A stretch of DNA of 63,912 nucleotides, counting the filler, from Folioceros fuciformis (lineage: Eukaryota), in NCBI GenBank assembly GCA_049999805.1. It is 13 parts of 13 records of this genome, joined end to end, with 100 filler letters (N's around TTAATTAATTAA, not from the genome) between each part and the next. Parts side by side here need not be neighbours in the genome. Positions count along the whole stretch, not along the records: positions 22,889 to 36,983 come from JBNGIO010001322.1; 12 more parts are not named here. The stretch is one strand, 5' to 3'. The notes under the pieces were generated by a model that worked only from the letters and a program-made list of their open reading frames with translations, was not told the origin of the DNA and searched no databases. Positions 24,393 to 36,499 of the stretch are shown piece after piece (position 1 is the first letter of the stretch; every line of letters starts with the position of its first letter). A program made the position numbers and the translations under genes.

Positions 24393-26470
24393 GAACTGAC
24401 CCTCGCCTCAATAGCTAGGCTCCAGGGGCATTCTTTCTCCAATTCCAGCCCAGCGAGATTGGCAAATTCCCAGAAATTGGTGGATTCTGCAACGCCCGTG
24501 CCCAAACAGGCTGGAATTGGGAACGGGGAGCAGATTAATGCTCACATTCAGGAGAAATTTGACGAGCTATCCCAAGAATCAAACTCAGGCGAGCGCTCAC
24601 ATGGGAGGTTGATTTGCAGCCCTAGCATGCACCAGATTGGGCCCGCAAAAGGGCGCCCCAGATCGCCCGCTGTAGGGCATGCTAGATTGCTTGTGGAGGG
24701 GCGCGTCGGATCCCCTTCAAAGGGGCACACCTGTGCCCAAACGGGTCAACAGCTTGAGTTGTCATTTCGATGAAGGGGGTGTTTTCCCCCTCCCAATGGG
24801 TGTGAACCTGAGTTTTTCGAGCACCGGTTGCGAACCGGTTCTGCCCGGAGTAGGTCCACACTTGGGCCCCATCTTCTACTACTTCTTGCCTGACAGCCAG
24901 CGAGTTCTAGAGAATTGTCACGTGAAGATCGAGCCCGCCTTGACTGTAGAGTTATTAAAGCCAAATGTGCTTAGACTAATGTGTTTAGTCTAAGATTAGA
25001 GTCTAGATAAGTATCATTAGTTTAGATTAGCTTAAGCTAGTCTGTAGGAAGCTTCTTGCGCAGCTTCCTATGCGCTTCTTGTGAAAGCTTCCTTGGGAGC
25101 TCTTCTAGAGGGTATAAATACCCCCTTGAGCTCCCTTGCTATTGAGACTCTGTGTGAGAGTGTGACCTCTCTTTCTCCTCTCCTCCTTGCCTCCTCCTTC
25201 ACCATGCGGCTCCTCTAGCAATCCTTCATCGACACCCCTGCCTCTCATCGACCACGCCTCGGCACCTTTGGACTAGCTCCAACTCACTGCTGAGCATTTT
25301 GTGGACCTTGTCTATTGACTTTGCCGCCTAGTAGAGCCTGTCCAAGATAGTTCACCAGCCCCTTAACTAGTAGGACGTTGGTGGCACTTGTGCTAGGGGG
25401 ACACTAGAACAAGGTTTATGACCTCAAGTTATAGAGACATGGTTAATCAGCTTGTTGAACACTTTAATTCGCTCTCAATTAACCCTCCAGCTTCCATGGC
25501 CACCAGCACTATGGTCCTAGTACCCACAGGATCTATGCCAACATTCACCGACCATATAAAGGAAAATGACCGCTTTAATGGTCAGCATTACCCAGTATGG
25601 CGAGTTCGAATGAAGTCAATTGTGATCGACCGTGGTGTTTGGAAAATTGTTGATGGGAGCCACCCCAAGCCTGACCCCACTGCAACTCCTACTCCTTCTG
25701 CAGCCGACATTGAGAATTGGGAATACTTAAACGGAATTGCAGTGGCGCTCCTCATCTCTGGCTTAGACTTAAGCTTAGTGCCGAGCGTCGAGTTCCTCAC
25801 AGAAGCCTCTTCCATTTGGAATCAACTTTCCAACACTTACAATTGAATAATGTCCTAACACTCTACAGCGTCAGACAAGAATTCAACGCACTTAAGATGA
25901 AGGAGACGGACACAATCGCAGCACATACCTCCAAGTTTAGACAACTTAAAGGGCAGTTGGCCTCGCTTGGGTCACTAATGATCGAGACTGACGTTGCTGC
26001 TCAACTGCTCATGAGTTTGCCGGCCTCTTACCAACACTTTGTCACTAGCCTGATGCTAGTGTCAACCCGTGGCATCTCTGGATTCACCTCTTCTTTGACA
26101 GTGGAGGAAATCATCGGTGCCCTGTACCAGCACAAACAGAGTCGCCTCAATTCTGCAGCAGGGTCCAAGCCCAAGGCAGATAAGACACTTGCTATTCGTT
26201 TTAAGCCTAGGAAAATCAAGGGGAAGCAAGCCACTACCTCCAAGGGTGAGTCGACCTCAGCTCCACCACGCCGAGTAGGTAATTGCAATTGGTGCGGTAC
26301 ACCTGGTCACTTGGCACGAGAGTGCCGCAAGAAAAAGGCTGGAGAGCCACAAAAGCCTGGCCTGTGCTAGACCGCAAGTGTAGCTGTTAAAGGAAAAATA
26401 GTATATGAGGAGACGAAGACCATCAAGATTCTCGCCGTCTGCCTTAATACTTAGCCACAGCAAGTGTGGA
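24393..26470 (+). mobile_element. Copia family C copy 1: 5' region and gag, frameshifted near 25845, truncated before protease, interrupted by a solo LTR
   Basis: RFNGQHYPVWRVRM gag; CNWCGTPGHLAREC knuckle; homologous to 27500-28870. Confidence 0.88.
24945..25228 (+). mobile_element. Solo LTR (284 bp) with TSD TTGAC/TCGAC
   Basis: TGTAG...CTTCA termini, TATAAATA box; inverted copy at 38653-38934. Confidence 0.85.
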
Positions 26471-27456
26471 GGAAATATTGTATCCAGGGGTACCGCGAGG
26501 TCCACACCAACCCTCTATGTTGTTATAGTAATAGGATTCAATCCCAAGGGAATGATTTGTGTCAAGTAACACAAGTTTCTTCCAAAAATCAGTTCTAACC
26601 TAGGTCAGGCTTCACCTACCCCTAGTTCCTCTACCTACAGGTTCCACTACCACGACCCCCAAGTGGCCTAGCTACCACCACTCGACTCTACGACTCGAAG
26701 ACTCGCTCAACTACCATGGTAGGGGTCTCTACAAACATCTTGGCAGAGGTTCCTTGCATAGGTCTGGAGTGTTGTTGACCCTAAACCCTAAACCCTCTCC
26801 CACGGCATGCCTCGCCTTGATCTGATCCGCTCCCTCCCGACGCCTGCAGATGCCACATTTGCAAATTTGCAGAAGAAGAGGGGGCATAAGGCAGGAGGCA
26901 CACATAGCCTGCCCAAGGACACCCCTTTTGAAGCCAGATCTTGACAACATCTTTCGATGTTGGATGTTGAGAACTCTGGAGAGCAGCGCTAGTGTTTCCC
27001 GAGAATATATTTTCGATAATAGCTCAAAGTTTTAAATACAAAAAATATGTCATTTCATCCTAAAACAGCTACCACATTTCTAAATCATGATATATATTAA
27101 CTCATTCCAACTTATCCCAAGTGACGTGGTTAGTATAACTAGATCTAACTTATTAGGGTTTTTGACAGATCTGAGCAAAATTGGTCAAGATTTGAGAAGG
27201 AGTTGAGTGCATATGCCAGATTGTAGGACGATGGCCAATTCACAGCGAATTTCGATCTGAAATTTGGCAGATCTGGAGCCATCCCACAACAGGGGGAGGC
27301 GCATCAACCAAGAGCACTAGCATGGGCAGCCGATCGCACTCGCAACCTACTATAGGCGCTAGAGCAAGAGCCTGCTGTCACAGTGGAGCGCTGCGACATA
27401 GGAGTGCACCGCGGGCAAGCGGAGCCTAGTGCTCTCGCAAAGCGGTGACCGGGCCG

Positions 27457-27515
27457 AAACGACAACTTAAGTTGTCGTTTTGCAGGCGAAACGTTGCCCT
27501 GGGCAACTTAAGTTG
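27457..27515. repeat. 24-bp perfect palindrome AAACGACAACTT|AAGTTGTCGTTT plus second core CAACTTAAGTTG
   Basis: Direct reading at 27457-27480 and 27504-27515. Confidence 0.85.
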
Positions 27516-29332
27516 TCGGTTCAGCGTTGAACCGGTTTGGGCCGCCCCAACCAATGTGAATACGGTTTTTTTAGACACCAGTTCTGAACTAGTTCTCCCT
27601 AGCCCCATTTCACACCAGCATTTGGACCCTGGGAGTTTTGAACCACCAACAGTATATACGCAAGTGAAGATTGAGCCGTCTTCGCCTATCCTACAACCGG
27701 AATCTTCGGCCTTTGCGGATCAAACTTGTCTTCTGTGGGATCAACTCGAGCACAGAAACTCAGTGTTTGGTGGACCTAGTCTTTCGTCTTTGTCATATAG
27801 CAAAATCAGAGGTGGATAACTTGCAAATTTCTGACCAATCAGACACTAAGTGGTCCTAAGCACTTGAGTTTATGACCACAACCTACAATTCCTTTGTGGA
27901 CCACCTTATACAATAGTTTAACTCACTCATTAGACTCCGCAACAGCTTTGGGGAACAACACTTCGTCCACCTTCACAGGTGCAGGCCCCGTCTACACCAA
28001 TCATATGAAGGAAAAAGGACGATTCAACAGCCAGCACTTCCCGGTGTGGTGTGTGCACATGAAGTCCATCTCGATAGGTTGATCCCAACCCTTTTGCCAC
28101 TCCACCCCCGCCAGTCGCCGTCGTAGAGAGATGGGAATATTTGAATGAGATCGCAATATCTCTCCTCATTTGCGGACTTGACTCGAGTCTGGTGCCCAGC
28201 GTGGAGTTCCTCACGGAGGCCTCTGCAATCTGGGACCAGCTATCAAACACGTACAATGTTAACAATGTTCTAACCTTGTATGGTGTAAGGCAGGAATTCA
28301 ACTCCTTAAGAATGAAGGGGACAAATGCGATCTCTGCTCATACCTTGAAGTTCAAACGGTTGCGAGGGTAGCTCACCTCCCTTGGCTCCACCATGTCAAA
28401 GACCGATATCGCTGCACAATTGTTGATGAGCTTACCAGCCTCTAACGAAAACTTTGTTACCAGCCTGATGTTGGTATCTACCCACGGTAGGCACGACTCC
28501 CACCTTAATGGTGGAGGACATTATCGGCCCTCTGTATCAGCAGGAGCAGAGCCACCTTAGGTTTGCAGGAGGGTCCAAGCCCAAGGCAAAGAGGGCGTTT
28601 TCCACCCTCTTCAAACTTGGGAGGAATTCGAAGGGCAAGGCGAACTTCACCCCTAAAGATGACTCAATCTCTGCCCCTCCTCGTCGAGCTGGAAACTACA
28701 ATTGGTGCGGAGCTGCCGGCCATTGGGCACGAGAGTGCCCCAAGAAAGAGGCCGGAGAGCCGTAGAAGGCTGACTTGAGACAGGCAGCCAATATTGCAGT
28801 TAAGGGGAACTCCAACACAGCGGAGACAAAAACCGAAAAGATACTTACGATTTGCCTCAACACACAGTTGCATCAGGATGCGGGGTGGTATCTGGACAGT
28901 GGAGCCACCGCCCACATATGCAATGATCATACTCTATTCACCAAGCTGGATACTCGTCCTCTCAGGGAAAGGGTGTTACTCGGTGACGAACATAGTAGAT
29001 CTAGCTTGCCAATCATGGGACAAGGCACTTGTAAACTTCGGTCGGTTTAGTGCTTACCTTGGAGCTTGTGCTTCTCGTCCCACAAATGGGCAAGAACCTG
29101 GTCTCCATGACTCAGCTGCTGAAGCAAGGCAATCTTAAGATGCTTGCTTCAAGGGGGTCATGCTACTTTTTCAAGACTACAAATCCTGACTTGTGCCTCT
29201 TCATTGTCGTGCCTCAAGACAGCCTGTACAGGCCCTCATTAGCCTTCAGAGGGAGCGCATCAAAGAGGAGTGTCACACTCCATGGGAGATAGCCTCCACC
29301 ACTGGTTAGGTTACGTTCAACTTAAGAGGGAG
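27500..29332 (+). mobile_element. Copia family C copy 2: decayed gag and protease, followed directly by a PPT
   Basis: YNWCGAAGHWAREC knuckle, WYLDSGATAHIC protease; AAGAGGGAG at 29324-29332. Confidence 0.88.
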
Positions 29333-29918
29333 TGTTACGGAATGGATAATCTGCCCGTAACCCTACCGACCAGCTAGTTACCGTAGACCATAATTAATAG
29401 TGTTTAATAATTACGAACGGGTGTGCCTCTTTGGAAGAGACACCCAGTAACACTAGTTAAGACACACTTTGTATACACCTTTCGCAGATGAAACACGAAA
29501 TATCTTTCTGAGCATGGCGTCCTGATCATGCTAGATTAGATGGAATCCTACTGCTAGGATTTTGACAGTTAATCTGGCATTTACCGTTTCTATGGGTTAA
29601 TATGGTATTTATCGTTTCTATGGGTTAATATGGTATTTACCATTTATTTAATCTAGTATTTACCATTTCTATGAGTTAATTTGGTATTTACCGTTTCTAT
29701 GGGTTGATCTGGAACTTACTGTTTCTACTTGTTAGTAAATCTACTTTTATACGATCTGTTGCACGCTGCAGTTTTTGTCCCGTTGGATTGCTAGCACTTG
29801 CGCTATGGCAAGACGAAGTTTGCGTGGGTACCCTATTTGATGAGTGAGTTGTTGTGACACTTTGGTTTTTCTCTTGCATAGGCATCTTCCTTTTATGAGG
29901 TATGTCAGCATGACAACA
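29333..29918 (+). mobile_element. Putative 3' LTR (TGTTAC...ACAACA) containing a 28-bp minisatellite at 29571-29730
   Basis: Follows the PPT; unit aatatggtatttaccgtttctatgggtt about 6 times; right boundary inferred. Confidence 0.6.
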
Positions 29919-30509
29919 TCGCCACATGCAATACCTGCACCGATCAGCAAGTTAGAGCAACAACAGCCACAAAACCACAATCTTGTTTGTCGGTTTCCAA
30001 GAAAGAAGAGAAAAAGGTAATTTCATATTTTATTTTATTTTCTGGTTATTTACTACTAATAAATTACTTGGCTTAATTATTTCACTTTTATTTGGTCGGG
30101 CTGATTATTAGTGGTCATAAATATGTTATTTATGAGCTCAAGTTTGGTTTTTAAGCTAGAATCGTTTTGGCTATCTAGTGTTTAGTATAGAAAATACTTA
30201 AGTTACCAATGGTTATTTTCTTAGCTTAATCTCACCCCTATCTCATGGTGAGTGGGAGTGATAAAATAAATACTTATTTAGGGCACTATTCATTTGGGTA
30301 GTGTAAATCTCTAGAATTAATCATGTAAAGTTCTAGGGCTAGAAGTAGTTTCTTAGGAAGTTACTTAAGTGGTTAGTGGTCAAATCAGCTACAACTACCT
30401 ATGACTGTTTGTACTACACAAACACTTGCTCCAAACAATGTAATCAATGCTAAGTCCATCTTGGAGCTAAAACTGGTCTTGTCTCTTCTTCCTCAACTCC
30501 TATCTACTT

Positions 30510-31690
30510 TGATATTAGTGAACCTACATATGTAAGGAAGCCATTACAAGTAACGGAGGCAGAGTAATGAAAGCAAGCAATTGTGTCACACTATGATTTA
30601 GTTGTGGCAAACCATACATGGAAGCTGGTTGCGTTACATATCAGAGGATTGCAAACCAGTAACTACCTGTAAATGGGTTTTCAAGAAGAAGCTGAACACT
30701 GACAAAGAGTTGGGAGATATAAGGCCAAGCTACTTGCCAAATGTTATAGCCAGGTATCAGTTTTAGACTATAACAAAACCTTCTCGCTAGTGGTCAAGTC
30801 AACTTCTATACAAATCTTACTAGCTATAGTAGTGCAATTTGGTTTACAAGTTCATTAACTTGAAGTAAAGATACCCTTTTTAAATGGAATGTTGGGTGAA
30901 GAAATTTAGATGGCTTAGCCTGAAGGATTTGTTCTTGAACATGGGAAAGTTTGCCAGCTATTGAAAAAATTATATGGCCTTAAGCAATCTTCAAATGCAT
31001 GAAATGAAACTTTTCATGCCACATTGATTGGCTTGGGGTCTTGTATGTCTAGAAGCTGAAAGAGGTGTGTACATTGTGCAAAGGAGAATATTTATCATTC
31101 TAATTGTGTATGTAGACAATAACTTTCTTTTCAGCACCACACATGCATTGACGGAGAGAGTCAAGCAAACACTTTTATCTTGTTTTGAAATGAAAGACCG
31201 GAGGCTATTGAATTTTTCATTAAGCGTATGTTTTTACTTTTATAATGGGGGGCGTATAGTCGATATAAGTCAAGAACATTTTGTTCTTAAGCTCCTACGT
31301 TATTTTAACATGTTGGAAGCTAGGCCTATTTCAATACATATGGCAGTTGGAGAAAATTTGTCTAAGGAGCAATGTCCTATTGCCGAGCAAGAGAAGGCAG
31401 TGATGAGTACTCGACCGTTAGACAGGCAGTGGGTATTTATTGTATCTAGCTTCCTAGACACATGTTGATATTTCAAGAGTTGTTAGTGATGTGCCATCGT
31501 TTCTGGAAAATCCTGGAGATGTAGCTAGAGAACTAATATGAATTCAATCAATTCTTAAGGGGTTACAACAATTAGTAGTAGGGCCAACCATTCTTTGGTG
31601 TGACAATAAGTTAGCAATTGCACCACATGCAAACACATGGGGTTGAAACACATGCGCCTTAATGTGAAGTATCGAGCCCAATGAGACCAC
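30510..31690 (+). pseudogene. Highly decayed copia RT/RNase H fragment
   Basis: CKWVFKKKL, YKAKLLAK, LYGLKQS, IVYVDN and WCDN motifs with many stops. Confidence 0.85.
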
Positions 31691-32500
31691 CAACTTTGGC
31701 TAGTTTTAGATACTTATGTTTGTCTTCAAAGTATGGAGCTTTAACCCATTTGCTCTAAAAAAATTGAAGTTGAATTGTAACATATGGGTATAGCATAAGA
31801 ATGTCAATTAATTTATAAAGTGTGTGTTCATAAGTTATACAAGTACTTAGACAAGATAGGTATACAACTTATAATCAAACTTTTGTGCACCTTGTAGTAT
31901 TAGAATATTTTTCAAAGCTATAGTCAAGGTACCTTAATGAATTTGGAAATAAAGACCAAATTTGAGAAACGAGAAGCTTGCATGAGTTTGCTTGCTCTTG
32001 TCACTGATTTAGCTGCTCGTCCTGTTTTTGCAATCATAAGGTTTGGAGACATTGTTTCACAAATAGTGGGTATTAATGAAAAGGTTCCTAATAAGTCTAA
32101 CCTACAAGTGTAAATATTGCCAAACAATAAGTGCTTGAATAAAGCAAAAGAAACAATATTATATTATATTCTGATTTAATATAGATATCAGTCTTTTAAA
32201 TATTTAAGAACATAGTGCATATGTATTAAACTTATTTTTTCAAATAATTAGTATGAAAACACACTAGGATATCTATCATTTTGGTAGAAATTATGGACAA
32301 ATTTTAAAAAAGTAATTTGAAAATTCTAATTTCTTTTTATTTCATAAAATAAAAATTTAGAATTAAAACAATGACAAGCATTGAGATTAGTAGAGGCACT
32401 TTATGTCTGCTGAATGAATCCATAATAGAAGAATTAATGCTGGAATCATGATAGATTTGTATGAATCTCAATGACCTTACGATGTTATTTGTTCTTCCTT

Positions 32501-35500
32501 CACTACTAGAATGACCATGAAAAAATTACAGAGTTAAATACATCTATACTATGCATTTCACATTCATATAATGATAAGTCTAAGGTTGGTATTCGTTACC
32601 AAATCGTAGTTAAAAAATCATAATAGAGAAGACTGCTATGACGCCTACCTAGAAAACCAATTGCCGTAGTGGTGACCAGTTCACACCTCATGGTTCCTTC
32701 AACCATGGTTTAGGGTGCCACCATTTAGTTGTTCTGCCTAGGTTAAAGCGAGGCTCCTCATTGGTTCAAACTACATATACTAGCAGTGTCCTTGCTATTT
32801 GTACGCATGCTATGGTGTGGCACTTGAGTGTGGAGGATCTCAATCAAAAAGGACCGCATGGTTAATGACCACCCAAAGCATCCATTTCAAATTCCCCGTT
32901 CATTTCCCGCCCAAACATTGCCCGCGCCATTTAGTAGCGGTGTTGCCTCACAACTCGCTTCCAAACTTTGCTGCGTAAAGTAGTTGAGCATGTTCACTCT
33001 AATTCTGGTCAGATTATGCTATTTGTGCTCCTTGATTTTTAATTGTGCTCATAGGCCTCAATGCACAAATCGAGTCCCAGTCCCTTGCCCATTTACAATG
33101 TTTTTGGAGTCCGGCCATCTCTTACAAGACTTCAGGTTGGTCTCCATTGACCCCATTTGTTTCCACAATCATGGTCTTGGTCTTAGCCTCTTAGCAACAT
33201 TGTTGTCGTTCGCAAATATGGGGTCACGCTTTCTTGGTCTTCCACAAGGCTTCATCGAGGGTGCCACTTGCCATTGTGTGGCAAATGACAAAATTCTTAG
33301 AGTTGCTACCAAACTGTGAATGCAGCAAAGTGACCATATCCAACTAAACACGTATGACACTCACTATCTCATTTGCATTCGAGTTTGGGGCCGGACCACT
33401 ATTCCCCGCAATCATGGGGTCATTGTTTCTTGCTCTTGTTGTCACTGGTCTCCACACCTGGTGCCCTCCACCACTTGTTGCAATTGGGTTTTGCGCTTGT
33501 CCCCCTCTATTCCTCATATTGACCTGCATGTGGCCCATGAATTGTAAGGTGCATCTTAACAACAACCATTGGCATGGAGCAGAAAAAACACATCACCTAC
33601 AATTGTGTGTTGCGTTGAGGACAATGTGTTTGGTGTATTCCGAGTTGTAGATTCCAGGATGCACCGCTTGCACAGAGAAGCCGAATGTAATAACCAAGTT
33701 AACATTGCGCGTCGATGTTTCACACCTGTAACAATTTGGACTAGCCGCTTTAACTACCCTTGTAGCATCATGTGCCATTTGCTGGTGTCTATCATAAATG
33801 TCGAGGCTTTGGCTTGGGACCTGCTGCTCTTTGCTAGCGAGCCCGCTAGCTCAAGGGCTAATACCTTCCAACACACACTGTGCTCACATTTTCCCACATC
33901 ACATTCAGTTTCCACAACCCATGATCCCAACCAACTCCTCATGCAACCTTACTCTCTTAACTATAGCTTGTGTCACTCTCGTTTGCATGCGAGAGAGGAC
34001 CTCCTCTATCCACAGTGATCGATTCGGCTCCACTTCTTGCCTTGAAGATGCTACACTCCTAATGGGTGCATCTGTCGCGGGAACTTCTGGTAATGATGTT
34101 TGACCACCATCGCTTCTGCCCACCACATTTTGGCTTGGTTGTAGTGAGCTCTCTACATAGCCTGCATAGTGTGAGGGAATAAGTAAGTGCAAATGCTTAG
34201 TGCACGTTGACAAGCACCTACTACAAGGTGAATCTGCCTCTACCAAAAGCCTCCCGAGCTACCCAATACTTTTCCATGTCCTCGATCTTGCGGCCCTCAC
34301 ACAGCCAAACCTCTTCATCTTGCTTTGGTAGCTCGCCCCACCATATGAGAAACTGGGACTTCAACGTTGTGTACCCACCTCACCTGTAAGGGTTGGACCC
34401 CCAGCCTTCATACTTTAGGGCTCAGTTGCGGTCATTTGCTGTGGACTTGCTGTGGGCACCACTGTCCCCCGAGGTTGTTCAGAGTGCGTACAACATAGTC
34501 CTTTGCTATCTCCCAATCCTCGAAGCTAACAATGCCAGGTCTAAGCTATGCATCGGCATGTCCATTCGTCAAAATCTGCATAGCTGCTACTCAATCACGC
34601 TTCCAAGTGTAGAAATTCTGCAACCGTGAAACTTGCAAAAACTTCCCCTTTAGCCAAGAGCAATTCGTCACACTAGGAAATTATGATTGCACGCAATCCA
34701 TGAGCTCCATTCATAGAGCACTAGAATGTTTGCTCCAACTTTGCAACAATGTCAACCTCATTGTCACAAGCTTGCTAATCATTTCTAGCACACCAGTGGA
34801 CAGAGATGTCTCTGTTCTTCTGAAGAAATCCCCCTTAAGAGCATTGCACTCCTCAATTACCTCTCTTGTTGCAAGGGGAACTGCTTGCACTCTGTGTAGT
34901 TGTAGCAAAGCTCGTAGAACATCCTTCAGTGGGACACTCGGCATCAATGCTGTTATAGCAACCATTGTTTGGAATGGTGAAGCTCGAGTTAGGCCTACCT
35001 TCGTAGCTCTCATCTCCCACTCTTGCCGCAAAGGCCCTATCTCTCTTTGCACCTCCGAGCACACGGGACCTGCTTCCCTCCTCGATGAGGTCCCTTCCTC
35101 CTTCGACACCTCGTCGGGCACATAATTCGTATCTAGGATTTTATTTAGGTGGTCATCCTCGTCTTGCGTACCAAGCGGGTCTTCCCCTTCCCCGCCATTG
35201 TCCCCGCCATGCATGTCATCCATGCTATTCTCTATCTCCATTTTGCCAAGCATTTCGTCCTACCACAGCACCATTCCTTGTACGTTCTTAGTCCAGCCGC
35301 CAAGCATCTTTTTCCTAGTATTTTTTGCAACCTCCTCGTCCTCGCTGACTGTGATTGGGTCACACCACTAAAATCAAAAGTGAGTTAGAGCAAACGTCCC
35401 TGCAACCAAATCAAAGAGTCCACTTGCAATGCCATTTGTAGAAACCATCTAGGTACTACGTCACCTCCCAATGCATCAAATTTGAGTGGGGCAGGGTCCC

Positions 35501-35920
35501 ACACTTTTTCTTCTGAGCCATAATATCCATTCAGGGAGGTAGTAGGTGTTGATCTTGAGAATCCTTTTATAGTGAGAGAGGGGAAAGCTCTATAGGAAAT
35601 TCATGTTGCTTTGCCAGAACAGGGATTGCTGGACAAAGAATGGTATGCGCATGAAGAAGGAGAAAACTACATCGTCAAGAACTTTGACCCGATCCCTATT
35701 TTTTGGGTTAGTGGATACTTGGATGCATCTCAGACGCAGAAGAGGATTGTGGGATACATTCTCTGGATTTGGAAGCACGAAGTTCATGGCCAAGTTCAAA
35801 TGAAGATGCTCATTTGCCTGATTAAAGAGAAGTGCTTCCTTCGCAATTCCAATGTCCATTTGCTGCTAAATTTATCCACATATAAATTGATACCACGATG
35901 CTGCAACACACTAGGCTAGC
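32501..35920. mobile_element. Probable CACTA (En/Spm) element end with decayed ORF remnants
   Basis: CACTACTAGAA terminus at 32501 at the edge of an AT-rich tract; broken minus-strand ORFs (34711-35253; GRPRK at about 33240); matching other end not seen. Confidence 0.45.
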
Positions 35921-36012
35921 GGAGTGGATTGGATAGTGCGATGGCCGCCGACAAGGTCAGGTTTTCGCTCGATCCATTTTTTTTTAGAGGGTTTGATAGC
36001 AGGCCCGGACGT

Positions 36013-36435
36013 GGGCCTGAAGGCGCAAACTTGTTTGCGCTGTAAACTTGGCCTACGCAGGTTGGCGCGCAATTGTTTGCGCCAACACCTTGGCCTAGGC
36101 TTGATGGCGCAAACGTTTTTGCGCCGTCAGCATGGCCTGCGCAAGCTGGCGCACACTTGTTCGCGCCAACACCCTAGCCTGGGCTTGATGGCACAAACTT
36201 GTTTGCACCGTCAGCCTCGCCCACATAGGTTGGTGCACACTTGTTTGCACTAGCACCCTGGCTTGGGCTTGATGGCGCACACAAGTTTGCTCCGTTAGCA
36301 TGGCCTGCGCAGGCTAGTGCAAACTTGTTTGCGCTAGCACCCTAGCTTGGGCCAGATGGTGCAAACTTATTTGCACATTAGCCTGGCGTAGGACTGCTGG
36401 CGTGCACAAGTGCGCACTACTGCCTTGGGCATGGC
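36013..36435. repeat. 84-bp tandem array, about 5 copies, each with two GGCGCAAAC-TT-GTTTGCGCC hairpins
   Basis: Units start at about 36013, 36097, 36181, 36265, 36349. Confidence 0.88.
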
Positions 36436-36499
36436 CGGTGGCACACCCAAGGCCGCACCAATAGGCTTAGTCGACTATGCTATATGGCCCAAGGCTGCA

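Noticed and set aside
36013-36435. CRISPR-like palindromic array
   Set aside because: Linkers are repeated rather than unique spacers; no cas genes; eukaryotic context
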